DNA of 64,000 nucleotides from the human T2T-CHM13v2.0 reference genome, Homo sapiens. Below the pieces are notes generated by a model. The model had not been told where the DNA came from and searched no databases. It saw nothing but the letters and a program-made list of their open reading frames with translations. Within the stretch, counting starts at the first letter, position 1, and every line of letters begins with the position of its first letter. The stretch is taken from NCBI RefSeq assembly GCF_009914755.1, contig NC_060938.1. One strand, written 5' to 3'. Made by a program: the position numbers and the translations under genes. Of this stretch, positions 27,479 to 40,046 are shown one piece after another.

Positions 27479-30400
27479 CATGTCTAGCGTCACCCTCCTT
27501 CCTGGCAGTGACACTGTTGATGTGAACCCCAATTTCACATCTGTCATTTGTAAATAGGACCATTTTCCCTTTTCGCTCTCCCTTCCATTCACAGGGCTTT
27601 TCATTCTCTCTGTTACTGCCTCCGTTTCAGATATTTACTCACCTTTTTCTCTCTCACTATGTCTGCCGTGGGCTCCATGAGAGTGCGCCACATAAGATTC
27701 CCCCATTAAAAGTCATGAATTGAGTGGCTTTTAGTATACCTGTGGTTGTGCACATTCAAATTTAATTCGCAATTCATTGTAGAACGTCTTATCACTCCCG
27801 GCCAGAGAAAAACCCTGTAGACATTAGTCACTCCTCATTCTGTCTCAAACCCTCTCTCTCACCCGCAGCCCTAGGTAGCAACTACCTAGTGCGATCAATC
27901 CCATATGCATAGATTACCGTATTGTGGACATTTCCTATAAGCGGAATTGCACAATAGGGGAGCTGTTATGACTGACATAACACGTAACACAATATTTTCA
28001 AGATTCGTCCACATTGTAGGCTTACCCACAGGGGGAAACCATTTTTTTGGGGGCTTTTAGTAACACCGGTGTTTTCTCCTTCTTTACGTCCTTCTTTCCT
28101 TCCTTCCTTCCTTCCTTCCTGACTTCCTTCTTTCCTTCCCTCCTTCCTCCTATTTCTCTCTTACTCCTTCTGCCCTCTCTCTTTCCTATGCCTTAGGTGC
28201 ATCCCACATTCTGCGTTTTTTTGGGGAAATCCTCGACAGGTGCAGGAAAATTGTGTTATTGTAACTATTTACCGTTATCTCTCTTTCACGGCTCTCCATC
28301 AGTTGTGAACATCTATTGGTTTATCCCAAGTCTCTAAGCATATTTTCATTAGGTAAACCTGTTTTTCCTTATACAGCTGTTTCTGGAGTATAGGGTCGCA
28401 TACTCATAAACCCAGTGTAACTCAGAAACGCATCTAATATTCCAGTAAACCCATCATAACTTTGAAAAATCGTAAATCAAACCATCATAAGTCACGGTTT
28501 GTCCGTGGATATGGGCCTCATCAATTCCATTGTATTCAGTAATGCTGTACACCATTAACAATGGCAGACTGATTGGGACTGGATATTGATAGCATTATAA
28601 AAGTCAGTTATTAGAGGGATACTTCTTTAACCTGACTGAAGAACTGATCTAATGGCTTTAGTACAGTGCATGATTATGTGCGATGTTTTGAGACAGAGTA
28701 GTACATTTGTGAATGAAATTTTATGGCTTTTTTTTTCACTTAGTAGGAACCATTGTGTGTGGAAAAGTGAGAAAATGGCTTTCTGCTGTAGGGTCTGGCA
28801 TTCATTGTAGATGTAAGCTTATTTTTCTGTGAGCAAATCTTATTCAATAAAATACTACTCTTTATACTAAAAAACAAAAACAGTGGTGATGTGTGGTCAT
28901 TATCCTCAGCAAACTTATCCAGGGAAAGAAAACCAAACGCCACAACTCACTTATAATGGGAGCTGAAAAATGAGATCCCATGGACACAGGAAGGGGAACA
29001 ACACACACTGGGGCCTTCCGGGAGACAGAGCGTTAAGAAAAACACCTACTGCATGCTGGGATTAATACCTAGGTGATGGGTTGACAGGTGCAGCAAACCA
29101 CCATGGCACACGTTTACCTTAGTAACAAATCTGCACATCCTGAACATATACCCCAGAACTTAGGAACGAAACGAAACAAAAGACAACGAAAAAGCAACAG
29201 CAAAACGCTAAAGGCAAAATAAAGTTTCAAACTGAGAAAGTGACAGACCAACGTCTGGTTCAAATCATGGTTCTCAACCCAGGTGCTATAAGGTCAGGAT
29301 AAAGGATGTGATTACATATTGTCAATAAGACATGCAGCAAATGACCAGAATGATTATTCTCAACATATATGTGTCTTCTAATTCAATGGTGACGCTATCT
29401 ACCGGGACATAGCATTAGATTCCAAAGGGCCGAGTCCCGCCAGACAGGCCTCCCACACTAATAACAATGGGAAGCCCTACGTTGCTTTACCTGTGCTTCT
29501 CAGCCACTGGCTATAAATCAGGTTGCCACCACTCCCAGATTTAGTTGCATTCATTTGCTGGAAGAGCTCACAGCACGCAGGGAAACACTTACATTTGCCG
29601 TTGTATTTTAGCGGACATTGCACAAAGTTCAGAAATAAATGTGGGGCCCGGCATGTGGGGAGGGGCGCACTACCTTCCAGGAAGTGCTATCCAGAAGCTC
29701 TCTGAACCCAGTCCTTTTGGGTTTTGATGGAGACCTCATTCTATAGGCATGATGGGTTAAACCATAGGCTATTGGTGATCAACTCCACCTGGGGCTCTCC
29801 ACCCTCCCTGGAAATTGGGGTTGAGGCTTTGCCATCCTCAGTCTGACTAAAAGAATTTACCCAAACGGAATTTTAAAACAGATGAGCATAACTGGAATCT
29901 TAATTAGATGATTGGATTATCTGGAGCCACACCTTGATATTCCTAACCCGAGCACCCTCATCCAACGAATGCTCCACCCAACTGGCTCCCAAGTCTCTAC
30001 GTGGTTCCAGAGCAAAAGGATGTTGATACAACGCATATCTCCACCTTTTCTTCAAAGTCTTTTCGCTTACACGGAAAGACTTCTTCAACTGCCATGCATC
30101 AGGGTCAGGGGGAGGTCTTGTTACAACACAGATCTGCGGATCTCCGGCATTTGACTGTGGCAACGATGCTGCTGGTGTCAAAACCACAACGTGGGAACCA
30201 CAGAACCACTAGTGGGTTTTCAGTGTTTCAGTGCATACAATTCCTAATATATCTGGCCAAGAAAACTTGTAAGTTCTTAGATTGTCCCAAAGGTGGCGCA
30301 TGAAATCAAAGCAGGAGAACAGTTTCCTACGAGGTGTAGCCTGGGAAAGTTGGGGGTGACTGATGGAAAGGAGGAGTGAAGCTCCACCCTTTCCGCTGCT

Positions 30401-30769
30401 AGGCTGCGGCCGAGGCAATTTAAACCCACCCTGGCTGGCCTGTACTCAGATCTTCGCGGAGCGGATCAGCGGCCGGAGCGTTTGGCGGACTCTGCGTGGA
30501 CTTGGAGCTCACAGCGTCTTGCGACTTGGAAGCGGATTCAGAGGACAGGACAGAACACTTGGACAAGTGAATCTCTGTCTGTCTGTCTGTCTGTCTGTCT
30601 CATTGGTTGGTTGATTTCCATTTTCTTAAGGGGCACATACCTCACACCGCACACACACAAACACACACACGCACACACACACACACACGCACACACACGC
30701 ACACACACTCCTTCCTTCTGCGAGTTAGAACATTAGTAGGGGCCCCTGGGAGCTGCAGGTTTCCTAAAC

Positions 30770-33751
30770 ATGTCTGCACCTAAGAACACTAGGGTCTTGT
30801 CTGGCTCTTCTTATGAACGGTCCCCCAGCCCGGACTCCCCAAGGTCCATGCGAGCCTCACCCAGCTTCTCCCTCTCCCCTCTCAGAAACTCAGGCTTAAG
30901 GGGAAGCTCCTCACCAGGGATCGGGAGCTACCATTCACCATCCCCTAGGGCTTCACCACACTCACCTCTGTCATCACCAGAATCCCACAAGCTCCCATTT
31001 CCCTGTCCTCACCGTGATGGGCAATCAATAAAGCCATTGGGCTCTCCCGTGTCCTCCTCTGAGGAATCCTCAGAGTCCCCACGTTCATCAATAATATACC
31101 ACATGTTCTTACTGCCATCACCCAGCAGCTCACCCCCAGCTCTCGGGGGGTCTCCTGTGTCTCCCAGCTACTCTCCAAACAACCCCAGATTTCAGCTGCA
31201 GTCAGCCCCCCACAACAAGGAATCACCTACAAACTCACGAGCCTCACGATGCTCCACCCCCTTGTCTTTCATCTCTTCACCCCCAGGCGTCAGGGTCTCT
31301 CCTGTGGCTCCCAGTTAGTCTCCAGCCATCCGCAGGTTCCTGCGGGAGTCAGGCCCATGCACCCAGGAGTCCCCCAGAGACTCACAGGTCTCGGGAGAAA
31401 GTGAGCGGTCCCCCAGCCCTGACTCCTCAAGATTCATGCCTGCCTCACCCAGCTTCTCCCTCTCCCCTCCCAGAAACTCAGACCCAAGGGGCAGCTCCTC
31501 ACCAGGGATGTGGAAGTCCTCTACATCATCCCGCAGGGCTTCACCACTCTCACATCCGTCATCAACAGAGTTCCACAACTTTATGTTTCCCTTTCCTAAC
31601 CAAGCAGGACAATCACTCATGTCATTGTGTTCTCCCGTGACCTCCTCTGGAGATTCTTCACAGTCACCTCATTCATCAATAATATACCATATGTTCTTAC
31701 TGCCATCATCCAGCAGCTCACCCCCAGCCACCCATGACTCTCCTGTCTGTCCCAGCTACTCTCCAACTACGCCCAGATTTCAGCGGGAGTCTGTACCCCA
31801 CACCCCAGAAACACCTACAAACTCACAGACCTCAGTGAGATCCTCGCCAGTCTCTCTCACGTCTTCACCCCCAGCCCTTACGGACCCTCCAGTCTGTCCC
31901 AGCTACTCTCCAACCACGCCCACATTTCAGCGCGGGTCAGTTCCAGGAACCCAGGGATCACCACCAAGCCCACCGCTTTCACTGAGTTACTCCCCAGTCT
32001 CTAGCACGTCTTTATCTCCAACCCTCAGGGACTCGCCTGTCTGTCCCAGCTACTCTCCAAACACGCCCACACTTCAGCGGGAGTCCGTTGCAGGCACCCA
32101 GAAGTCACCACCAAACTCACCAATTTCACTGCGTTACTCCCCAGTCTCTCTCATGTCTTCACCATCCCTCAGGGACTCTCCCGTCTGTCCCAGCTACTCT
32201 CCAACCACGCCCACATTTCAGCTGGAGTCAGTTCCAGGCACCCCGGAATCACCACCAAACTCACCAATTTCACTCAGTTACTCCCCAGTCTCTAGCACGT
32301 CTTTATCTCCAACCCTCAGGGACTCTCCTGTGTGTCCCAGCTACTCTCCAACCACGCCCACACTTCAGCGGGAGTCAGTTCCAGGCACCCAGGAATCACC
32401 ACCAAACTCACCAATTTCACTCAATTACTCTCCAGTCTCTCTCGTGTCTTCACCAGCCCTCAGGGACTCTCCTGTCTGTCCCAGCTACTCTACAACCACG
32501 CCCACATTTCAGCTGGAGTCAGTTCCAGGCACCCCGGAGTCACCACCAAACTCACCAGTTTCACTCAGTTACTCCTCGGTCTCTCTCATGTCTTCACCCC
32601 CAGCCCTCAGGGACTCTCCTGTGCGTCCCAGCTACTCTCCAACCATGCCCAGATTCCAGCGGGAGTCAGTTCCAGGCACCCATGTATCACCACCAAACTC
32701 AGCAGTTTCACTGAGTTACTCCCCAGTCTCTCTCATGTCTTCACCCCCAGACCCCTGGGACTCTCCTGTCTGTCCCAGCTACTCTCCCACCACGCCCAGA
32801 TTTCAGCGGGAGTCAGCCTCCCACACTCCGGAATCAGATACAGACTCACAGACTTCACTGAACTCCTCCCTGGTCTCTCTCAGGTCTTTGCCCTCATCCC
32901 ACAGGGACTCTTGTGTCTCTTTCAGCTACTCTCAAAACTTCTCTAGATTCCAGCTGGAGTCAGTTCCAGGCACCCACGATACACCACCGAACTCACGAAT
33001 TTCACTGACTTACGCCCCAGTCTCCCTCATGTTCTCACCCCCAGCCCTCAGGGACTCTTCTGGCTCTCTCAGCTACTCTCCAACCATCTCCAGATTTCAC
33101 CTGGAGTCAGCTTCCCACACCCTGGAATCACCTGCAAACTCACGGACCTTACTGCAACCATCCCCCATTTCTTTCACCTCTTCACCCCCTGCCTTCAGGG
33201 ACTCTCCTGGGTCTCCCAGCTTCTCTCCAGCCTTCCCCAGATTTCTGCCACAGTCAGCCCCAGGCACCCAGGACAACCCTAGACACTCACAGGCCTCACC
33301 AGACTATCTCCCTATGACCTGTACCTATACAGGGATGGCTCCCACGCATCCCTCAGTGACCCCAAACCCATCTCCACTTACACTCAGGCACTCCCAGGGC
33401 CTGACAGCTACTCCCCGTTATTGTCCTTCAGTTCGAAGCCCTGGCCAATCTACTAGCCCACATGACGCAGTTACCTGGCCATTTCTCCACGGTTCCCGGG
33501 AGGGCCCCACACCCAGCCGCACAAGAGCCCCTCCTGCATTCCGTCCTCACACGCAGGCCTGTCCATCTACTTGCTACTGTCACACTCTTGCCAGCAGAAG
33601 AGGCCCCTGTAATGGCCGATATCACCACCCAGTCTATCCTCACCCCACAGCTGTGCAGCGGGAACCCCCTGCTGGCCCACGTGGCTGCCACAGCCCATGC
33701 TGGCACGACGCTCCAGCAGGTCGGCGTCCCTGCGGGCCAAACTACCGGTGA
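30770..33751 (+). pseudogene. Copy 6 with nonsense Y183* (TAC>TAG)
   Basis: Same 2982-bp span; TAG at 31316-31318; the frame stays open from ATG 31436 (771 aa). Confidence 0.65.
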
Positions 33752-36700
33752 CATGTCTAGCGTCACCCTCCTTCCTGGCAGTGACACTGTTGATGTGAAC
33801 CCCAATTTCACATCTGTCATTTGTAAATAGGACCATTTTCCCTTTTCGCTCTCCCTTCCATTCACAGGGCTTTTCATTCTCTCTGTTACTGCCTCCGTTT
33901 CAGATATTTAGTCACCTTTTTCTCTCTCACTATGTCTGCCGTGGTCTCCAGGAGAGTGCGCCACATAAGATTCCCCCATTAAAAGTCATGAATTGAGTGG
34001 CTTTTAGTATACCTGTGGTTGTGCACATTCAAATTTAATTCGCAATTCATTGTAGAACGTCTTATCACTCCCGACCAGAGAAAAACCCTGTAGACATTAG
34101 TCACTCCTCATTCTGTCTCAAACCCTCTCCCTCACCCGCAGCCCTAGGTAGCAACTACCTAGTGCGATCAATCCCATATGCATAGATTACCATATTGTGG
34201 ACATTTCCTATAAGCGGAATTGCACAATAGGGGAGCTGTTATGACTGACATAACACGTAGCACAATATTTTCAAGATTCGTCCACATTGTAGGCTTACCC
34301 ACAGGGGGACACCATTTTTTTGGGGGCTTTTAGTAACACCGGTGTTTTCTCCTTCCTTACGTCCTTCTTTCCTTCCTTCCTTCCTTCCTTCCTTCCTTCC
34401 TTCCTTCCTTCCTGACTTCCTTCTTTCCTTCCCTCCTTCCTCCTATTTCTCTCTTACTCCTTCTGCCATTTCTCTTTCCTATGCCTTAGGTGCATCCCAC
34501 ATTCTGCATTTTTTGGGGAAATCCTCGACAGGTGCAGGAAAATTGTGTTATTGTAACTATATACCGTTATCTCTCTTTCACGGCTCTCCATCAGTTGTGA
34601 ACATCTATTGGTTTATCCCAAGTCACTAAGCATATTTTCATTAGGTAAACCTGTTTTTCCTTATACAGCTGGTTCTGGAGTATAGGGTCGCATACTCATA
34701 AACCCAGTGTAACTCAGAAACGCATCTAATATTCCAGTAAACCCATCATAACGTTGAAAAATCGTAAATCAAACCATCATAAGTCACGGTTTGTCCGTGG
34801 ATATGGGCCTCATCAATTCCATTGTATTCAGTAATGCTGTACACCATTAACAATGGCAGACTGATTGGGAGTGGATATTGATAGCATTATAAAAGTCAGT
34901 TATTAGAGGGATACTTCTTTAACCTGACTGAAGAACTGATCTAATGGCTTTAGTACAGTGCATGATTATGTGCGATGTTTTGAGACAGAGTAGTACATTT
35001 GTGAATGAAATTTTATGGCTTTTTTTTCACTTAGTAGGAACCATTGTGTGTGGAAAAGTGAGAAAATGGCTTTCTGCTGTAGGGTCTGGCATTCATTGTA
35101 GATGTAAGCTGATTTTTCTGTGAGCAAATCTTATTCAATAAAATACTACTCTTTATACTAAAAAACAAAAACAGTGGTGATGTGTGGTCATTATCCTCAG
35201 CAAACTTATCCAGGGAAAGAAAACCAAACGCCACAACTCACTTATAATGGGAGCTGAAAAATGAGATCCCATGGACACAGGAAGGGGAACAACACACACT
35301 GGGGCCTTCCGGGAGACAGAGCGTTAAGAAAAACAGCTACTGCATGCTGGGCTTAATACCTAGGTGATGGGTTGACAGGTGCAGCAAACCACCATGGCAC
35401 ACGTTTACCTTAGTAACAAATCTGCACATCCTGCACATATACCCCAGAACTTAGGAACGAAACGAAACAAAAGACAACGAAAAAGCAACAGCAAAACGCT
35501 AAAGGCAAAATAAAGTTTCAAACTGAGAAAGTGACAGACCAACGTCTGGTTCAAATCATGGTTCTCAACCCAGGTGCTATAAGGTCAGGATAAAGGATGT
35601 GATTACATATTGTCAATAAGACATGCAGCAAATGACCAGAATGATTATTCTCAACATATATGTGTCTTCTAATTCAATGGTGACGCTATCTACCGGGACA
35701 TAGCATTAGATTCCAAAGGGCCGAGTCCCGCCAGACAGGCCTCCCACACTAATAACAATGGGAAGCCCTACGTTGCTTTACCTGTGCTTCTCAGCCACTG
35801 GCTATAAATCAGGTTGCCACCACTCCCAGATTTAGTTGCATTCATTTGCTGGAAGAGCTCACAGCACGCAGGGAAACACTTACATTTGCCGTTGTATTTT
35901 AGCGGACATTGCACAAAGTTCAGAAATAAATGTGGGGCCCGGCATGTGGGGAGGGGCGCACTACCTTCCAGGAAGTGCTATCCAGAAGCTCTCTGAACCC
36001 AGTCCTTTTGGGTTTTGATGGAGACCTCATTCTATAGGCATGATGGGTTAAACCATAGGCTATTGGTGATCAACTCCACCTGGGGCTCTCCACCCTCCCT
36101 GGAAATTGGGGTTGAGGCTTTGCCATCCTCAGTCTGACTAAAAGAATTTACCCAAACGGAATTTTAAAACAGATGAGCATAACTGGAATCTTAATTAGAT
36201 GATTGGATTATCTGGAGCCACACCTTGATATTCCTAACCCGAGCACCCTCATCCAACGAATGCTCCACCCAACTGGCTCCCAAGTCTCTACGTGGTTCCA
36301 GAGCAAAAGGATGTTGATACAACGCATATCTCCACCTTTTCTTCAAAGTCTTTTCGCTTACACGGAAAGACTTCTTCAACTGCCATGCATCAGGGTCAGG
36401 GGGAGGTCTTGTTACAACACAGATCTGCGGATCTCCGGCATTTGACTGTGGCAACGATGCTGCTGGTGTCAAAACCACAACGTGGGAACCACAGAACCAC
36501 TAGTGGGTTTTCAGTGTTTCAGTGCATACAATTCCTAATATATCTGGCCAAGAAAACTTGTAAGTTCTTAGATTGTCCCAAAGGTGGCGCATGAAATCAA
36601 AGCAGGAGAACAGTTTCCTACGAGGTGTAGCCTGGGAAAGTTGGGGGTGACTGATGGAAAGGAGGAGTGAAGCTCCACCCTTTCCGCTGCTAGGCTGCGC

Positions 36701-36864
36701 CCGAGGCTATTTAAACCCACCCTGGCTGGCCTGTACTCAGATCTTCGCGGAGCGGATCAGCGGCCGGAGCGTTTGGCGGACTCTGCGTGGACTTGGAGCT
36801 CACAGCGTCTTGCGACTTGGAAGCGGATTCAGAGGACAGGACAGAACACTTGGACAAGTGAATC

Positions 36865-36895
<31 letters not shown>

Positions 36896-37064
36896 CATTG
36901 GTTGGTTGATTTCCATTTTCTTAAGGGGCACATACCTCACACCGCACACACACAAACACACACACGCACACACACACACACACGCACACACACGCACACA
37001 CACTCCTTCCTTCTGCGAGTTAGAACATTAGTAGGGGCCCCTGGGAGCTGCAGGTTTCCTAAAC

Positions 37065-40046
37065 ATGTCTGCACCTAAGAACAGTAGGGTCTTGTCTGGC
37101 TCTTCTTATGAACGGTCCCCCAGCCCGGACTCCCCAAGGTCCATGCGAGCCTCACCCAGCTTCTCCCTCTCCCCTCTCAGAAACTCAGGCTTAAGGGGAA
37201 GCTCCTCACCAGGGATCCGGAGCTACCATTCACCATCCCCTAGGGCTTCACCACACTCACCTCTGTCATCACCAGAATCCCACAAGCTCCCATTTCCCTG
37301 TCCTCACCGTGATGGGCAATCAATAAAGCCATTGGGCTCTCCCGTGTCCTCCTCTGAGGATTCCTCAGAGTCCCCACGTTCATCAATAATATACCACATG
37401 TTCTTACTGCCATCACCCAGCAGCTCACCCCCAGCTCTCGGGGGGTCTCCTGTGTCTCCCAGCTACTCTCCAAACAACCCCAGATTTCAGCTGGAGTCAG
37501 CCCCCCACACCCAGGAATCACCTACAAACTCACGAGCCTCACGGTGCTCCACCCCCGTGTCTTTCATCTCTTCACCCCCAGGCCTCAGGGACTCTCCTGT
37601 GGCTCCCAGTTACTCTCCAGCCATCCGCAGGTTCCTGCGGGAGTCAGCCCCATGCACCCAGGAGTCCCCCAGAGACTCACAGGTCTCGGGAGATTATGAG
37701 CGGTCCCCCAGCCCTGACTCCTCAAGATTCATGCCTCCCTCACCCAGCTTCTCCCTCTCCCCTCCCAGAAACTCAGACCCAAGGGGCAGCTCCTCACCAG
37801 GGATGTGGAAGTGCTCTACATCATCCCGCAGGGCTTCACCACTCTCACATCCGTCATCAACAGAATTCCACAACTTTACGTTTCCCTTTCCTAACCAAGC
37901 AGGACAGTCACTCATGTCATTGTGTTCTCCCGTGACCTCCTCTGGAGATTCTTCACAGTCACCTCATTCATCAATAATATACCATATGTTCTTACTGCCA
38001 TCATCCAGCAGCTCACCCCCAGCCACCCATGACTCTCCTGTCTGTCCCAGCTACTCTCCAACTACGCCCAGATTTCAGCGGGAGTCTGTACCCCACACCC
38101 CAGAAACACCTACAAACTCACAGACCTCAGTGAGATCCTCGCCAGTCTCTCTCACGTCTTCACCCCCAGCCCTTACGGACCCTCCAGTCTGTCCCAGCTA
38201 CTCTCCAACCACGCCCACATTTCAGCGCGGGTCAGTTCCAGGAACCCAGGGATCACCACCAAGCCCACCGCTTTCACTGAGTTACTCCCCAGTCTCTAGC
38301 ACGTCTTTATCTCCAACCCTCAGGGACTCGCCTGTCTGTCCCAGCTACTCTCCAAACACGCCCACACTTCAGCGGGAGTCCGTTGCAGGCACCCAGAAGT
38401 CACCACCAAACTCACCAATTTCACTGCGTTACTCCCCAGTCTCTCTCATGTCTTCACCATCCCTCAGGGACTCTCCCGTCTGTCCCAGCTACTCTCCAAC
38501 CACGCCCACATTTCAGCTGGAGTCAGTTCCAGGCACCCCGGAATCACCACCAAACTCACCAATTTCACTCAGTTACTCCCCAGTCTCTAGCACGTCTTTA
38601 TCTCCAACCCTCAGGGACTCTCCTGTGTGTCCCAGCTACTCTCCAACCACGCCCACACTTCAGCGGGAGTCAGTTCCAGGCACCCAGGAATCACCACCAA
38701 ACTCAACAATTTCACTCAATTACTCTCCAGTCTCTCTCGTGTCTTCACCAGCCCTCAGGGACTCTCCTGTCTGTCCCAGCTACTCTACAACCACGCCCAC
38801 ATTTCAGCTGGAGTCAGTTCCAGGCACCCCGGAGTCACCACCAAACTCACCAGTTTCACTCAGTTACTCCTCGGTCTCTCTCATGTCTTCACCCCCAGCC
38901 CTCAGGGACTCTCCTGTGCGTCCCAGCTACTCTCCAACCATGCCCAGATTCCAGCGGGAGTCAGTTCCAGGCACCCATGTATCACCACCAAACTCAGCAG
39001 TTTCACTGAGTTACTCCCCAGTCTCTCTCATGTCTTCACCCCCAGACCCCTGAGACTCTCCTGTCTGTCCCAGCTACTCTCCCACCACGCCCAGATTTCA
39101 GCGGGAGTCAGCCTCCCACACTCCGGAATCAGATACAGACTCACAGACTTCACTGAACTCCTCCCTGGTCTCTCTCAGGTCTTTGCCCTCATCCCACAGG
39201 GACTCTTGTGTCTCTTTCAGCTACTCTCAAAACTTCTCTAGATTCCAGCTGGAGTCAGTTCCAGGCACCCACGATACACCACCGAACTCACGAATTTCAC
39301 TGACTTACGCCCCAGTCTCCCTCATGTTCTCACCCCCAGCCCTCAGGGACTCTTCTGTCTCTCTCAGCTACTCTCCAACCATCTCCAGATTTCACCTGGA
39401 GTCAGCTTCCCACACCCTGGAATCACCTGCAAACTCACGGACCTTACTGCAACCATCCCCCATTTCTTTCACCTCTTCACCCCCTGCCTTCAGGGACTCT
39501 CCTGGGTCTCCCAGCTTCTCTCCAGCCTTCCCCAGATTTCTGCCACAGTCAGCCCCAGGCACCCAGGACAACCCTAGACACTCACAGGCCTCACCAGACT
39601 ATCTCCCTATGACCTGTACCTATACAGGGATGGCTCCCACGCATCCCTCAGTGACCCCAAACCCATCTCCACTTACACTCAGGCACTCCCAGGGCCTGAC
39701 AGCTACTCCCCGTTATTGTCCTTCAGTTCGAAGCCCTGGCCAATCTACTAGCCCACATGACGCAGTTACCTGGCCATTTCTCCACGGTTCCCGGGAGGGC
39801 CCCACACCCAGCCGCACAAGAGCCCCTCCTGCATTCCGTCCTCACACGCAGGCCTGTCCATCTACTTGCTACTGTCACACTCTTGCCAGCAGAAGAGGCC
39901 CCTGTAATGGCCGATATCACCACCCAGTCTATCCTCACCCCACAGCTGTGCAGCGGGAACCCCCTGCTGGCCCACGTGGCTGCCACAGCCCATGCTGGCA
40001 CGACGCTCCAGCAGGTCGGCGTCCCTGCGGGCCAAACTACCGGTGA
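37065..40046 (+). pseudogene. Copy 7 with nonsense W663* (TGG>TGA)
   Basis: TGA at 39051-39053 where other copies read CCCTGGGAC; gives a 662-aa truncated product lacking the Cys/His tail. Confidence 0.65.
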
